A DNA stretch of 63,402 nucleotides, the filler included, from Octopus bimaculoides (taxonomy: Eukaryota): the NCBI RefSeq assembly GCF_001194135.2. It is 5 parts of 4 records of this genome, joined end to end, with 100 filler letters (N's around TTAATTAATTAA, not from the genome) between each part and the next. Parts side by side here need not be neighbours in the genome. Positions count along the whole stretch, not along the records: positions 28,047 to 42,865 come from NC_068981.1; positions 42,966 to 59,362 come from NC_068985.1; 3 more parts are not named here. One strand, written 5' to 3'. Below, one piece after another: positions 38,464-51,119 of the stretch. Each line of letters begins with the position of its first letter. Within the stretch, counting starts at the first letter, position 1. The notes below the pieces were generated by a model. It made no database searches. It was given only the letters and a program-made list of their open reading frames with translations, and was not told the origin of the DNA. A program made the position numbers and the translations under genes.

Positions 38464-39563
38464 TATATATATCTGAAATAAGAATTTCTAACTTCCGGTC
38501 AGTCATTGTTATGATCNNNNNNNNNNGGACTGGCGTCCCGTCCAGCTGGGGGAGAACACATACGCCATAGAAACCGGGAAACCGGGCCCATGAGCCTGGC
38601 TAGGCTTTGAAAGGGCGACGTTTATCGTTATATATATAATATATTATATTATATTGTGTGTGTGTGTGCATTAGAGAATTTACGGGAAAATAGGAAAATA
38701 AAACATACAAAATAATTGTCTTCCGGCAAATCACCATTGTCCACATTGTGTTTTCTCAGCTACCTCAGGCTCTGGTTTTAATGAGTCATGCTAATATTCA
38801 TACTGAGTTTGGTGGCCTGAGGAGTCACATGAGGACCACCAGACGAATTGAATGAATTGTAACCATTGGTAAATAGTAACAATAGTAATGTGTGTTGTCG
38901 ATTGTTTGGTTGGATTTCTCCTTTTTCTTCTTTTTCGCTTTCTCGCTAAACACTCGTACGACGTCTTCGACGTGGGAGTCCATCATATACATACATACAT
39001 AATACACACATACACACACGCATGCACACACACACACACACGCACACACACACACACAACCACACACCAATATATATATAGTATATATACATGTATATAT
39101 GTGTTTACATATATATAGACACACACACATATACATATATATATATATACAAACACACATACACACACACACACCAGTATATATATATGTAAACACAGAN
39201 NNNNNNNNNNNNNNNNNNNNNNNNNNNNNNNNNNNNNNNNNNNNNNNNNNNNNNNNNNNNNNNNNNNNNNNNNNNNNNNNNNNNNNNNNNNNNNNNNNNN
39301 NNNNNNNNNNNNNNNNNNNNNNNNNNNNNNNNNNNNNNNNNNNNNNNNNNNNNNNNNNNNNNNNNNNNNNNNNNNNNNNNNNNNNNNNNNNNNNNNNNNN
39401 NNNNNNNNNNNNNNNNNNNNNNNNNNNNNNNNNNNNNNNNNNNNNNNNNNNNNNNNNNNNNNNNNNNNNNNNNNNNNNNNNNNNNNNNNNNNNNNNNNNN
39501 NNNNNNNNNNNNNNNNNNNNNNNNNNNNNNNNNNNNNNNNNNNNNNNNNNNNNNNNNNNNNNN

Positions 39564-39600
<37 letters not shown>

Positions 39601-40671
39601 GTATATAAAGATTCTTGCTAAATTCATTTTCCACTACCTTCAATGATTACATGTGTGTGGTATGTGTGTATACACACATATACATTAACAAACATACACA
39701 CGCGTACATATACACACATAGACACTCTTACACACTTATGCACAAAGGAGAATGTTGGCAGGTATTTCAACAATAAAGCTTCCGCTAGATTATCCGACGG
39801 AAGCTACAGGACTGAAAATGTAAAGTAACTATCAAACAGTTTCCCTATTTACATATATATAAGGAAAGAGAGAAAGAGATAGAGGAGCAGGGAGAGGGAT
39901 ATAAAGGGTTTGCTACTAAAGATTTGCATCTTTACTTCCAAAGACTGTTGCTCAAGTTTTCAATAGGAATCGTAGATTAAAAAGATAAATGAGACATTGT
40001 GCAAGGCTATTCAAATGTAAGTCTGAAGCATCATTAGATGATAAATTCTTTACTAAGTGAAATTAAGAGAAACCTTAATGCTCGATTAATCTTCCCATAA
40101 ACGGTTTTCTGTTGACTTGTTAGCTTTACTCAGAACAGCGCATGTCAAAGAAAGCTATTAAATGAAGGTGAACAATGATTCATATAAATGCATTGAGCAC
40201 TTCCTGCACGAACTTTAGCTTTTCAGGTAATTTGATATTTTTGGAGAGAAACATAGGAACGTAGATAATTGCTGTTAAACATACACCTACATATGTATGT
40301 AAATTTGTATGTAATGTATAGATGTGTAGGTTTGTTTATATAAAGAAACAAGAAGCTGGTCAAATTAGTGTTTTATTCTAGAGAATAAAACATTAATCTT
40401 GTCCCATTATAGCTAACAGTTAAAGCAAGGTTCGTACATTTCTAAGTGAACCTCTCCTGTGACTTGTCTTTGCTTTAAATTGTAGTGTTGTGTAGATATG
40501 ATATCGACGGCGTATCTTTTGATTGAACGATTGTGTTTGTCCACTGAATGTTGGTAAATAAAAGATCTCTTATATAGGGACACACAGATTAATAGGGATA
40601 GTGGTAGAACAATGCACCAATATTTACTGGAAATAGCAGTCGATAATATATGACGCTATAGTAAAGCTTCA

Positions 40672-40717
<46 letters not shown>

Positions 40718-41124
40718 TCACAAAAACGTTGTACCACTATCTTATTTATACTTTAACCTGATGGTGCGTTGTTTTACTGGGAAGCAATACTACTGTATTG
40801 CACTATTTAATAATTTTTTCTTTGATAGACACAGATATGTATATTTTGTATGCATGCTTGTATATATGTCCTTATTCAGTTTATTTTAAGATTTCTCGTA
40901 TGTATGTATGTATGTATCTGTCTGTCTATCTTTCTTACTTTAACTAACTATATATAGAGAGACAGAGTGAGAGAGACAGGGGGAGAGGGATAGATACATG
41001 AATAGATAGATAGATGAAAAGATAAGCAAGTTAGACAGATCAATATATAAAGTGTTACTGTATTAATTCTTGAAATACAAGAAATATATACAAAATACAA
41101 GAAATGTATACAAAAATGTACACA

Positions 41125-41495
41125 TAGGTGCAGGAGTAGCTGTGTAGTAAGAAACTTACTTTCCTACCACATGGTTCCGGTTTCAGTCCCACTGCGTGGC
41201 ACCTTGGGCAAGTGTCTTCTACTATAGCCTTTGGTCGACCAAAGCCTTGTGAATGGAATTGGTTGACGGAAACTGAAAGAAGCTCATCGTATATATATAT
41301 ATATGTATGCCTGTGTTTGTCCTCCGATGTTGGTGTGTTTACGTCTCCGTAACTTATCAGTTCGGCGTAAGAGACTGATAGAATAAGTACTAGGCTTACA
41401 AAGAATAAGTCATAGGGTAGATTTGTTCGACTAACCGCGGTGCTCCAACATGGCCGCAGTCAAATGACTGAAGCAAGCAAAAGAAAATAAAAGAA
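41125..41495 (+). mobile_element. Near full-length family-A tRNA-derived SINE
   Basis: ATAGGTGCAGGAGTAGCTGTGTAGTAAG (A-box-like) and GGTTTCAGTCCC (B-box-like), central (TA)n, A-rich tail. Confidence 0.85.
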
Positions 41496-41545
41496 CGTTT
41501 TCATTCAAAAAAGACCCGACTTACGCAGAATGCAAATGAAATATA

Positions 41546-41849
41546 GGATTAAAAGGGTTGAAGAAATGTATTACAAATTCAACTGCTGTTTCTGGGGGCT
41601 CGGCGCTTCAAAATAATGTTTGCAGATTGATTTCACTAGCTAAGTGTCCTCGAATACACTTAGCTCTCCACAACATCATTCCACCTTTGAACTTCTTTCC
41701 TTTAACACCTCAAATGTAAGATCTCTTCCCTGAAGACGGAGGCTCGTCTCATTCTATGATGGAATCAATTTACAAATATCACTTTGGAACGCCGAGTCCC
41801 CAGAAACAGCTGTTGAATTTGTAATACTTTTCTTCAACCCCTTTAATCC
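41546..41849. mobile_element. MITE-like element with about 90-bp terminal inverted repeats and an internal 10-bp hairpin
   Basis: GGATTAAAAGGGTTGAAGAAATGTATTACAAATTCAAC.. vs ..GTTGAATTTGTAATACTTTTCTTCAACCCCTTTAATCC; internal AGCTAAGTGT/ACACTTAGCT at about 41638-41665. Confidence 0.8.
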
Positions 41850-42865
41850 ACTAAACATTTGTATTTTGTGTAAGTCAGACCTTTTTGGTATGTAAACATA
41901 TAGACATTTTTGTATACATTTCTTGTATTACGTGTATTAATATAGTAAAACTTTATATACTGATCTGTCTAACTTGCTTGTGCCTACATTTATTTCTATA
42001 CCCGCTCATGTTTAATTCTCTTGAGCACTGGCAAGTGTATTCTATACGGAGAATATCTTTTTCTCATCAATATATATATAACGCATACATATTCACATTC
42101 GAATTCGTATTTGATAGCGACACACCATATCATCACCATATGCAAATAAATATATATACTATGTTTAAATATAAACAATCACTAATGCATGTATCAATAT
42201 TTCCCTTCTATTTGTATAGTCAAACACATACACGCGCGCACACTCTCGATCACAAAATCACATATACATACTCAGAAATTGCACTTTAATGTGTGCGCTT
42301 GTAAGTGTATATGTGTGACATTTATGTATCACTGTACATATGTGTGACATTTATGTATCACATATTGTTCGACATTACGCCATCTCATGTATGCATTTAT
42401 GCATCGTTGAATGCTTGTTTGCTGCATGAGAACACAATGTTATTCTTATTTCTAACCAACCAAACATAGTACAACGTACAATGGGAATTATCTCAAAATA
42501 TTTCTATGGAGATTAAATCAACGGGGAATTTAATACGACAGGATTTCCGATGAACGGGAAATGAATCCTTATAGATTTCAGAAAAAAAAAAAAAAAAGGA
42601 TGCGAAACTAACAAAAGAGTCGTCCGTAAATTAGGAAAGAAAAAGCACAGTAAAAAGAAACTAATATAATTTGAAATTTTAAAAACTTTCTTGTAGTCAA
42701 TAGTTCTAAATTATTTTGTGGTATTTTTAATGTCAAAGATATCTATTAAGTCGCTTTAATATGTCCAATTTAAAGATTCTTTTCACAGAATTTATATGAA
42801 AAATTACAGTGGCATGAGATTTAAGTTGGATGTTTATATGTTTATTCTTTTATTTGGGCATCTCT

Positions 42866-42965
42866 NNNNNNNNNNNNNNNNNNNNNNNNNNNNNNNNNNN
42901 NNNNNNNNNTTAATTAATTAANNNNNNNNNNNNNNNNNNNNNNNNNNNNNNNNNNNNNNNNNNNN
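42866..42965. other. Artificial join (44 N + TTAATTAATTAA + 44 N)
   Basis: Linker at 42910-42921. Confidence 0.95.
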
Positions 42966-43149
42966 TGTGGCATGGGAGTTGTAAGACAGGAATTTCAAAA
43001 TCAAGCATTCATCACATTTGCAACACTGTAACTGGAAAAGTTACATTCCAAGAATAGCTCATATTCTCAGTGAAGATGATCCAGACCAATGAATGGAATT
43101 TTGTGGTATGACAAAGTGTAAAATTGAGTACAAGCAGCATCTGTTGTAG

Positions 43150-43325
43150 TGGATAAGACAGAAGATTGCACCAGTATGGTTATGTGATGTGTGTGGGTGA
43201 GGACAGCTGCATAAAGAAGTGCCAGTCTCTAAAGGTGGAGGGAACCTGTGGAAGAGAAAGACTTAGGAAGATGTGAGATGAAGTGATGAAAAATGATTGT
43301 CAGATGTTGAGCCTCACAGAGATCA
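43150..43325 (+). mobile_element. Old RTE LINE ORF2 C-terminal remnant
   Basis: Matches 51470-51640 (WYGHV.R..EDSC.KKC..L.VEGTCGRGR.RKTWDEV). Confidence 0.75.
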
Positions 43326-43329
43326 CACA

Positions 43330-44400
43330 GGACAGATTTTACAACCAATTTGCACCAAATTTCATGCATACGTTTCTGAAGTTCTATCATGCGTCATAGG
43401 CTATTTTATTGTTCTGTACATCGATTGTACCCCACCCACAGGTGCAGATAACCTCCTTAACTTCAGCAGTACTATAGCATAAAGGCCCCATAATTCCTGC
43501 AGTTTGTCTCCCATCTTCACCAAGATTAATCGTTTGTTTTCTTATGGCCTACAAATAAAATTGCAGGCATGCACTTGCACAGAAATCCAGGTAGGGGACC
43601 CCTTGGTGGGTAGTAAACCGATTTTCATGAATGTTGAAGTTGATATTATCAATGAAACAAAATTGGATGAGTTGGCGTTTGGTTTTCACAAAACAAGACA
43701 TATTGATTACCCATGGCTCACAGAGGAAGGTGAACATATGGACCTTTACTTGAACTTATCCAGGGGTCCCCTGGAGGGGTAGTAAGCCCCTTTGACTTAC
43801 CTACTGAAGTTCACATTAACACTGTATTAGTACCTGATAACTTGTGAAGTTTACGTTCACTTTTAACTTTAGGGGACACATTGGTTACCCATTGCCTAAA
43901 GATGGTGTTGAAGACTCTGTCTATACCTGGAATAAGTAAGGGGACCCCCAGGGGGCATAAGTCCTGGCAAGTCATTTACTGAATTTGGCTATTATAATAC
44001 AGCAAAGGGTCATAGCTTCGATAATTGGTAGTCCCATAAAATGAATTTCAACTCAGTTGTTATTCATTTATTACAGATGAAGATACAGTGAAGCACATCT
44101 ACTTCCATTTCAATTCAGCAAGGCAACACCCCTCGGGAACAATGAGCCTAAATAATTAACCCATTAAAGTTCAAACTGCCACAATAAAACAGCATCAGAA
44201 CCTTGGGAGTTTATCATGGTTCTTGCTAATCATAAGATAAAGTATTGCAAATTTGTTATCACCTGAATTCTGCTAGGGAACCCCTTAGGGAGGGCAGTGA
44301 TCCCCTTTGGATCACTTCTAGAGTTCAAATTTGATTGCAGCAAAGCATTTTAACTTCTGGAAATAACAGTCAATATAAACAAAAGTTGACACATCTTTTA
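43330..44400. mobile_element. Probable non-autonomous Helitron-like repeat with recurrent GGGGACCCC-type motifs
   Basis: ACCAATTTGCACCAAATTTCATGCA resembles the motif at 50940-50965; at least four GGGGACCCC/CCCC-GGGG blocks. Boundaries uncertain. Confidence 0.3.
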
Positions 44401-45277
44401 CTCATGTCCTACAAATGGAGTAGTGAATTTATAAATCCCACTGACTAAACTTTAGTTTACTTAGCTAACTTTAGGATGGTTGAATTTAATTTTGCACTCG
44501 ATTGTCTCCCCTGTGCAATTGCACCACAATTGTGGAATGGAGAGTTAAATTTTTTTCCTTGAACTTTGGCATCATTTCATACTCCAAGCCAAGAAAGTGC
44601 AATTTCACCCGGGTGTAAATTTTAATGCCTACTGTATGCGGATTGTGCTATTTCACAATTATGCCTAACCTGTGCGAATGATTGATTAGTTTTTGTACCC
44701 AGTTGTCTCCCCCATTTAATTGCACCCCAGTTAAGTGTGAAATGGTGACCTCTGGCCAACCACACATCACTGAGTTGTCTTCAGCAGATTTCATCACAAT
44801 TATTTGTATTATCTAACCAATCAGACACCTTGAATGTTGTTCATTAAGCGAAATCACTCCTATTTATCTCGGTCAAGTCCGACCTAGAATCATACTTCAT
44901 TTTTGGTTTTTGACAAGTGGTAGGTTTTTTTTTTACTTGTCTACTACCCCATATTTCTGAAATGTATGCTTCTTCAACATTTGTCACCTTAAATGAGGTT
45001 TATTTAATGTGTTTATGGTCATAAGGTTCCAGTTTATCATGCTGTGATTTTTTGAACATTTTTGCCTCTATCCTTTCAATAATTGATATTTACTTATTGC
45101 TATTGTTACGAATGGCAAAAAAATATATTGATTTTGTGTGACGCGAACGTCACTCCCTGTCTTCTAAAAGAAAAAAGAAAGGAAAAAGAAGAAAAAACGA
45201 AATCTCTATTAAAAGAAAGAGCAATAAAAATTGAACAGTCCATGTTGTCAGATGGAGAAAGAGAAAAAAAAAATTCC

Positions 45278-46386
45278 TGCAGTGAACGACCGTGTGAACC
45301 TAGGAGAATGGCGACGAATGGAACAGGCTTCTTTTAACGCGTCGCACGGTCGACACAAAACATAATAATATAACATATAAGAACTCACATGTGAAATGCG
45401 AGGAAATGCCAGCAAGGAAAGAGAGAGACACAACCGTTAAAGATATATATAGAAGTTTTATTAGAATAGTAAACTGTGTGTCTGTGTGTGCGTGAATGCG
45501 GCAATATAAATAATAACACAATACATATGACAGGCCATCGTGTAAACAAGAGTGTGTGTACATAAATATGTGTATGTGAGTGAATGAGAAATACAGAACA
45601 GAGTAAAGTGTCTGTAACATGGACGTTAAACGTCGTGAACACAAAGATAAGAAAATACCAGTTCATCGTCTGTAATATGGACGATTAGCGTCCTGAACAC
45701 AAAGATAAGGAAATACCAGTTCATAGTTGAGTTACAAAGTAGACAGAATGTCTGTACATAAGAGGTTGTGGCCGAATAGCAGAGCTGAAGTGTCACATGT
45801 CGTGAGAAGAAGTTGAGGCTACAATGCTGCGACCAGTTACTTGAATACAGGAAATTCTCGCAGGTTGTTCTGGCTGTTATTTCGAGGTGGAAACAATTCA
45901 CACAAAGTATCAAGAAAGGCTGCGGTTGCTGTTGGTAGCTTGTGTACATAGTGGCATCATCTTGACGTTGAGGCTGTAGTAAACAGTATAACGGTGGTGT
46001 TGACGTCGTCGCTGGAAACTGGCTGGTTGGTGTTCTGTGAGTGGTCAACGACTAGACCTCAGAGAGGTCTGAAATCGAAGACAAACTGGCGTGGATAAAG
46101 CAGGTTATTTATAGGGAAAAGGGGGCTCCAGAAACATCAGAAAAACACTCTCTCACGTGACCTTATTAGAAGGCCATGATTGGTCGGTATGCACCCTGGC
46201 GTGCAAATGCACCCTGGCGTGCAAATGCACCCTGGCATGCAAATGCACCCTGGCGTGCAAATGCCGTGCAAATAAGAGCCAATCAGGGTGATGGACACAG
46301 CAGGGTCCAAGGCGAGCCGAAAGCTAGATGTTACCCGCTACGTTTGCATTTGTAAATAAATAACCGAGAGAGGTGGTTTCACTATA
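45278..46386 (-). mobile_element. LTR-like element (solo LTR, older copy)
   Basis: Collinear with 47954-48926; termini TGCAGTG..CACTATA; minus-strand TATA (CTATAAATA near 46105) and AATAAA near 45460; internal 18-bp x4 repeat (about 46190-46265) and a 58-bp duplication (about 45610-45725). No TSD recognised. Confidence 0.7.
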
Positions 46387-46883
46387 ATAACCTCACACCA
46401 GTCAGTTTGTCAAAGACAAAACAGATGACACAGGAAATAATTGTAGTGAAAAAAACTGAAAGAACGGTTGGTCCTATAGCTGGCACTTAGTCACCATTTA
46501 AGAGAAGCTACGTGAACAGAATCACGTAGGGGTCACCAGTTTGTAGGTGACAGGGCCACCATCATTGGGTAACCCTATCCTGTACAAATAAATTCTCTTC
46601 AATAAAAACAAACACGCTGGATAAATTGAATAACAACATAACAAATATTTATTATGAGGTGCTCAACCTACATCTTGGGTAACGGAATTGCCAGATTGCC
46701 CATTATGGTTGATGTGAAGACGGTGTCGATGCTAGTTGATTAAGTCATTCTTCAGTCTCCAAAGTAATTTGCGTAGACTCAAAGGTAGAGTTGCAGAGTG
46801 GCTCTTAGCGCTGAACCTTCGATGACACGAGGTCCCTAAGAGCCGCTCCGCAACTCTACCTTGAGCCTTAAGGCCTCCCCACT

Positions 46884-49678
46884 TTGGCATTAAGAAAGCT
46901 GACGCTTACAACAAACATTAGAGCACAACTGCAAGGCGATGAGACATCAGCAGGTTTTGTTGCTGCCATTTTGTCATTGGGAGATGGAAAAGTCCCACTG
47001 GATGGAGATGATGCAGCGGACCTCACCAGGATTTGCAGATGTGTTAAGTCATTTGTTGATTTATGGACGTTTGTTTTTCCTAAACTTGAGGAGAACTACA
47101 CAAATCAAGGGTGGTTGTGTGAACGTGCAATATTGGCTTCAGAAAACCACATAGTTGGAAACATCAATAAACAGATTATGCTGTGCTTGCCTGGAAACTT
47201 GCATGTCTATAAGCCCTTGACTCTATGGCTGATTCAGACGAAGTTGTTAACTATCCCATAGAATTTCTTAATTCCCTAGGCCCTCCTGGATTGCCACCAC
47301 ACTTATTGAGACTTAGGATAAAAGCCCCTGTCATGCTCCTCAGGAATTTGGAACCCCCACCTCCAGGCTTTGCAATGGCATGTGTCTGGTCGTCCAAAAG
47401 GCGATGCCTCATGTTATTGAGGCAACAATACTTACAGCATGTGGTAAGGGGCATACTGTCTTCATACCAAGGATACCTCTTATTCCATCCAGTAAAGACA
47501 TTCCTTTTACATTCAGAAGGCTGCAATTCCCTCTCTGGCTCAGTTTTGCCATGTCAATTAACAAATCACAGGGTCAGATGCTAACGGTCATAGGGCTTAA
47601 TTTAGAAGAACCGTACTCCTCCCATGGTTAACTCTGTGTTGGCAGCTCTCAAGTGGGGAGCCAACATAATCTATTTGCTTTTGCAACTTGTGAGAAAACC
47701 CAAAATATAGTCTATAAGGAAGTTTTGTAGGCACCTTATCCACCAACAAGTAATTGTTGTTTTTTTGTATAAGTGCTTACATTTGCTGTATCCGTGTGCT
47801 ATTTTTGTCCTTTTGACAATACTACATATGCCTCTGAGATTGCTTTTGCTATACATTATAAATGTTCAATGTCTCCGTTTTCCGCATTTATATCACAATT
47901 TGCTATCGATGTTCTGTAGTTTTGACAAAATTAATCTACTTTTCCCTACATCTTGTAGAACGACAATGCGAACCAAGGAGAATGGTGACGAATGGAACGG
48001 CTCCTTTTAACGCGTCGCATGGTCAACACAAATATAAAAACATAAGGGAACTCACATGTTGTGAGAAGAGTGCCAACAAGGAAAAGAGAGAGACACAACC
48101 GGTAGAGGAACAAAGAGAAAGTTTTATTAGAGCATTAAAGTGTGTGTCTGTGTGTGCATGAATGCGGCATAATAACACAATATAAGACAGGCCGTCATGT
48201 GAACAAATGAGCGTAAGTATACAAATATGTGTATGTGAATGCAACAGAATACAGAGCATAGAAAAGAGTCTGTAACAAGGACATTAAGCGTCCTGAACAC
48301 AAGGATAAGAAATACCAGTTCTTGGTTGAGATACACAGTAGATTGAAAGTGTATATAAGAGGTTGTGGCGTCGAGGCAGAGCTAAGTCACCTGTCGTGAA
48401 GTGGAGGCTTCTATGCTGAGTTACTTGATACAGGGACTTCGCAGGTTGAGTTCTGTTAACCTTGGGGAAGATATTTCACAACAGTATTGACTGAACCTGT
48501 GCGGGTGCTGTTTGGTGGTGTGTACGTTGAATAGTCGTGTTGACATTGGCGACAAAGCTTGTAGTAAACAGTTGAACGGTGGTGTTGATGACGTCACTGG
48601 AAACTGGCTGGTTGGTGCTCAGTGGTCAAACGACCAGACCTTAGAAGGTTTGAAGTCGCGACAAACTGGCGTGGATGAAGCAGGCTATTTATAGGAAAAC
48701 ATGGGCTCCAGAAGCATCAGAAAACACTCTCTCATGTGACCTTATCAGAAGGCCACGATTGGTTGGTATGCACCCTGGTGCAAAACAGAACTGGTGACAA
48801 ATGCCGCACAAATAACAGCCAATCAAGTTGACGGACACAGCAGGGTCCAAGGTCGGCCGAAGGCTAGATGTTACCTGCTACATCCGCATTTACAAACATA
48901 CAGCCGAGAGAGAAGCTTCCGCTACAATCTTATTTACACATTTTGTTGACATTCCAGCGTGATCTTGCCAAGGATGTTTTTGTGGCCACCAACTTTTACA
49001 TGCTTTTCTAGGTTACAATCTCAAATAACAAGCAAAGCAATTATGACACATCAAAGTGGTGTGAAGGACTTCTTAAGGGCCACTACCTCTAATCAGAGTC
49101 GTCTTTACTGACAGCTTGGCCACTGGGACTTTTAAGAGTGAACGATCCAAGGCCCTCTTCAGGGCCACCAAGTTTAAATTGTTACAATCGTATTCATCTT
49201 TGCTGGCTGCACCACCACTGAGATAATTCAAAGTGAACATTAAAAGGTCCTCTTCAGGGCCAGCAAGATTCAACTTTGCTGATAGCACCACCACAGAGAT
49301 ATTTCAGTGCAAACGTTCAAAGGACTTCATTAGGGCCAACACCTGTAAATTGTAACTTCTATAGTTGTATTTAACAGAAGTCTTTTGGTTCATTTGAATG
49401 ACTACTCCTTGAGAGTTATGCCTGGCAATGCTCAGCTTATTAGCTGTTGAGAACTGCATAATCCATGTTTCATTTTACTTAGAGATTTAAAAGCATACTT
49501 AAATTTCATTACTTTCAATAACCCGGGAAATGTCGGGATATTAACATATGGAGTTGGTACCTCAGCTACTAGAAGGTGAGATCGGCATAGTTTATGTTTC
49601 ATGTTAATTAGAGATCTAAAAAGCATTTATAAATTTCATTACTTTCTTCAACCTGGGCAACATTGGGTATTTCTGCTA

Positions 49679-49679
<1 letters not shown>
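46884..49679 (+). mobile_element. Helitron remnant: PIF1-like helicase C-terminus (46884-47730, frameshifted) and 3' end with hairpin + CTAG
   Basis: Translates to [76 protein letters not shown]; terminal ACCTGGGCAACATTGGGT..CTAG at 49650-49679. Confidence 0.9.
47954..48926 (-). mobile_element. Solo LTR (973 bp) with 4-bp TSD ATCT, inserted into the Helitron 3' region
   Basis: ATCT|TGTAG ... CTACA|ATCT (TSD at 47950-47953 and 48927-48930); perfect 5-bp terminal inverted repeat. A 4-bp TSD is typical of Gypsy-type elements. Confidence 0.9.
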
Positions 49680-49717
<38 letters not shown>

Positions 49718-50867
49718 NNNNNNNNNNNNNNNNNNNNNNNNNNNNNNNNNNNNNNNNNNNNNNNNNNNNNNNNNNNNNNNNNNNNNNNNNNNNNNNNNNN
49801 NNNNNNNNNNNNNNNNNNNNNNNNNNNNNNNNNNNNNNNNNNNNNNNNNNNNNNNNNNNNNNNNNNNNNNNNNNNNNNNNNNNNNNNNNNNNNNNNNNNN
49901 NNNNNNNNNNNNNNNNNNNNNNNNNNNNNNNNNNNNNNNNNNNNNNNNNNNNNNNNNNNNNNNNNNNNNNNNNNNNNNNNNNNNNNNNNNNNNNNNNNNN
50001 NNNNNNNNNNNNNNNNNNNNNNNNNNNNNNNNNNNNNNNNNNNNNNNNNNNNNNNNNNNNNNNNNNNNNNNNNNNNNNNNNNNNNNNNNNNNNNNNNNNN
50101 NNNNNNNNNNNNNNNNNNNNNNNNNNNNNNNNNNNNNNNNNNNNNNNNNNNNNNNNNNNNNNNNNNNNNNNNNNNNNNNNNNNNNNNNNNNNNNNNNNNN
50201 NNNNNNNNNNNNNNNNNNNNNNNNNNNNNNNNNNNNNNNNNNNNNNNNNNNNNNNNNNNNNNNNNNNNNNNNNNNNNNNNNNNNNNNNNNNNNNNNNNNN
50301 NNNNNNNNNNNNNNNNNNNNNNNNNNNNNNNNNNNNNNNNNNNNNNNNNNNNNNNNNNNNNNNNNNNNNNNNNNNNNNNNNNNNNNNNNNNNNNNNNNNN
50401 NNNNNNNNNNNNTATATATATATATATATATTACGGAGATGTAGTTGCATACCAAGTGACCTGATCTGAGATCGTGTGCTGGAACGAAAACAATTGCAGT
50501 GTGGAAAGTGTTTATAAGCCATTTAATATTTTCTCTACACCTTTCCTTATAATTTTTTCCTCGAAATTCCGCGCCCCCAACATAAGTAAACTAATTTCAG
50601 TTCACCTAGGATTTGAACCCACCACGTCTATACAACGGTACATGTACAACTTTTGGCGCTTCTTTAGAAGCGCACCTCTCCAAGAAAATGACGCCTAATA
50701 TCTAAAAAAATTATGAAAATGGGAAATACATCCAAAATAAATGAAGTATGTAAAAAACTAGTAAGATTCATCTATTTTTAAATATTTTATACTGAAAAAT
50801 AAAACACGGAAAATGGGCACTCGCGAATATAAGCAAACATGTCGGATGATACAAGGGGCGGTAACTT

Positions 50868-51115
50868 GTATATACAAAAATAAGAATGTGTGTGTGTTTG
50901 TCTGTCTGTCTGCGTGAATGCCTAAAACTCGAGAACTACTCAACCGATTTCATTCAAATTTTACACATGCCTTACTTAGGGTCCATGCAGTGTTATGCCC
51001 CCACCTCCAAATTTCAACTTCTTGCCTAATGTGAGCCTAGAGCAATCTCTTAGCTCTTACATTATTTAAGTATTACGTCTCTATTGTAATGTGAGATAAT
51101 ACTTTCACTTTGAAA
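50868..51115 (+). mobile_element. 5' part of a non-autonomous Helitron-like repeat
   Basis: ATATACAAAAATAAGAATGTGTG..TGTCTGTCTG..ACTCAACCGATTTCATTCAAATTTTACAC, the typical 5' layout of non-autonomous Helitrons. Confidence 0.55.
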
Positions 51116-51119
51116 GAAG

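Noticed and set aside
41725-41760. CTGAAGA at about 41730 as another hammerhead core
   Set aside because: No GAAA or stem III/cleavage triplet follows at a suitable distance.
43504-43782. 92-aa plus ORF as a protein
   Set aside because: It lies within a probable non-autonomous repeat with recurring GGGGACCCC motifs; no domain recognised.
45278-48926. Single LTR retrotransposon that captured a Helitron helicase
   Set aside because: The downstream LTR has its own ATCT TSD, and the Helitron continues beyond it to a CTAG end; no PBS/PPT or gag-pol is seen.
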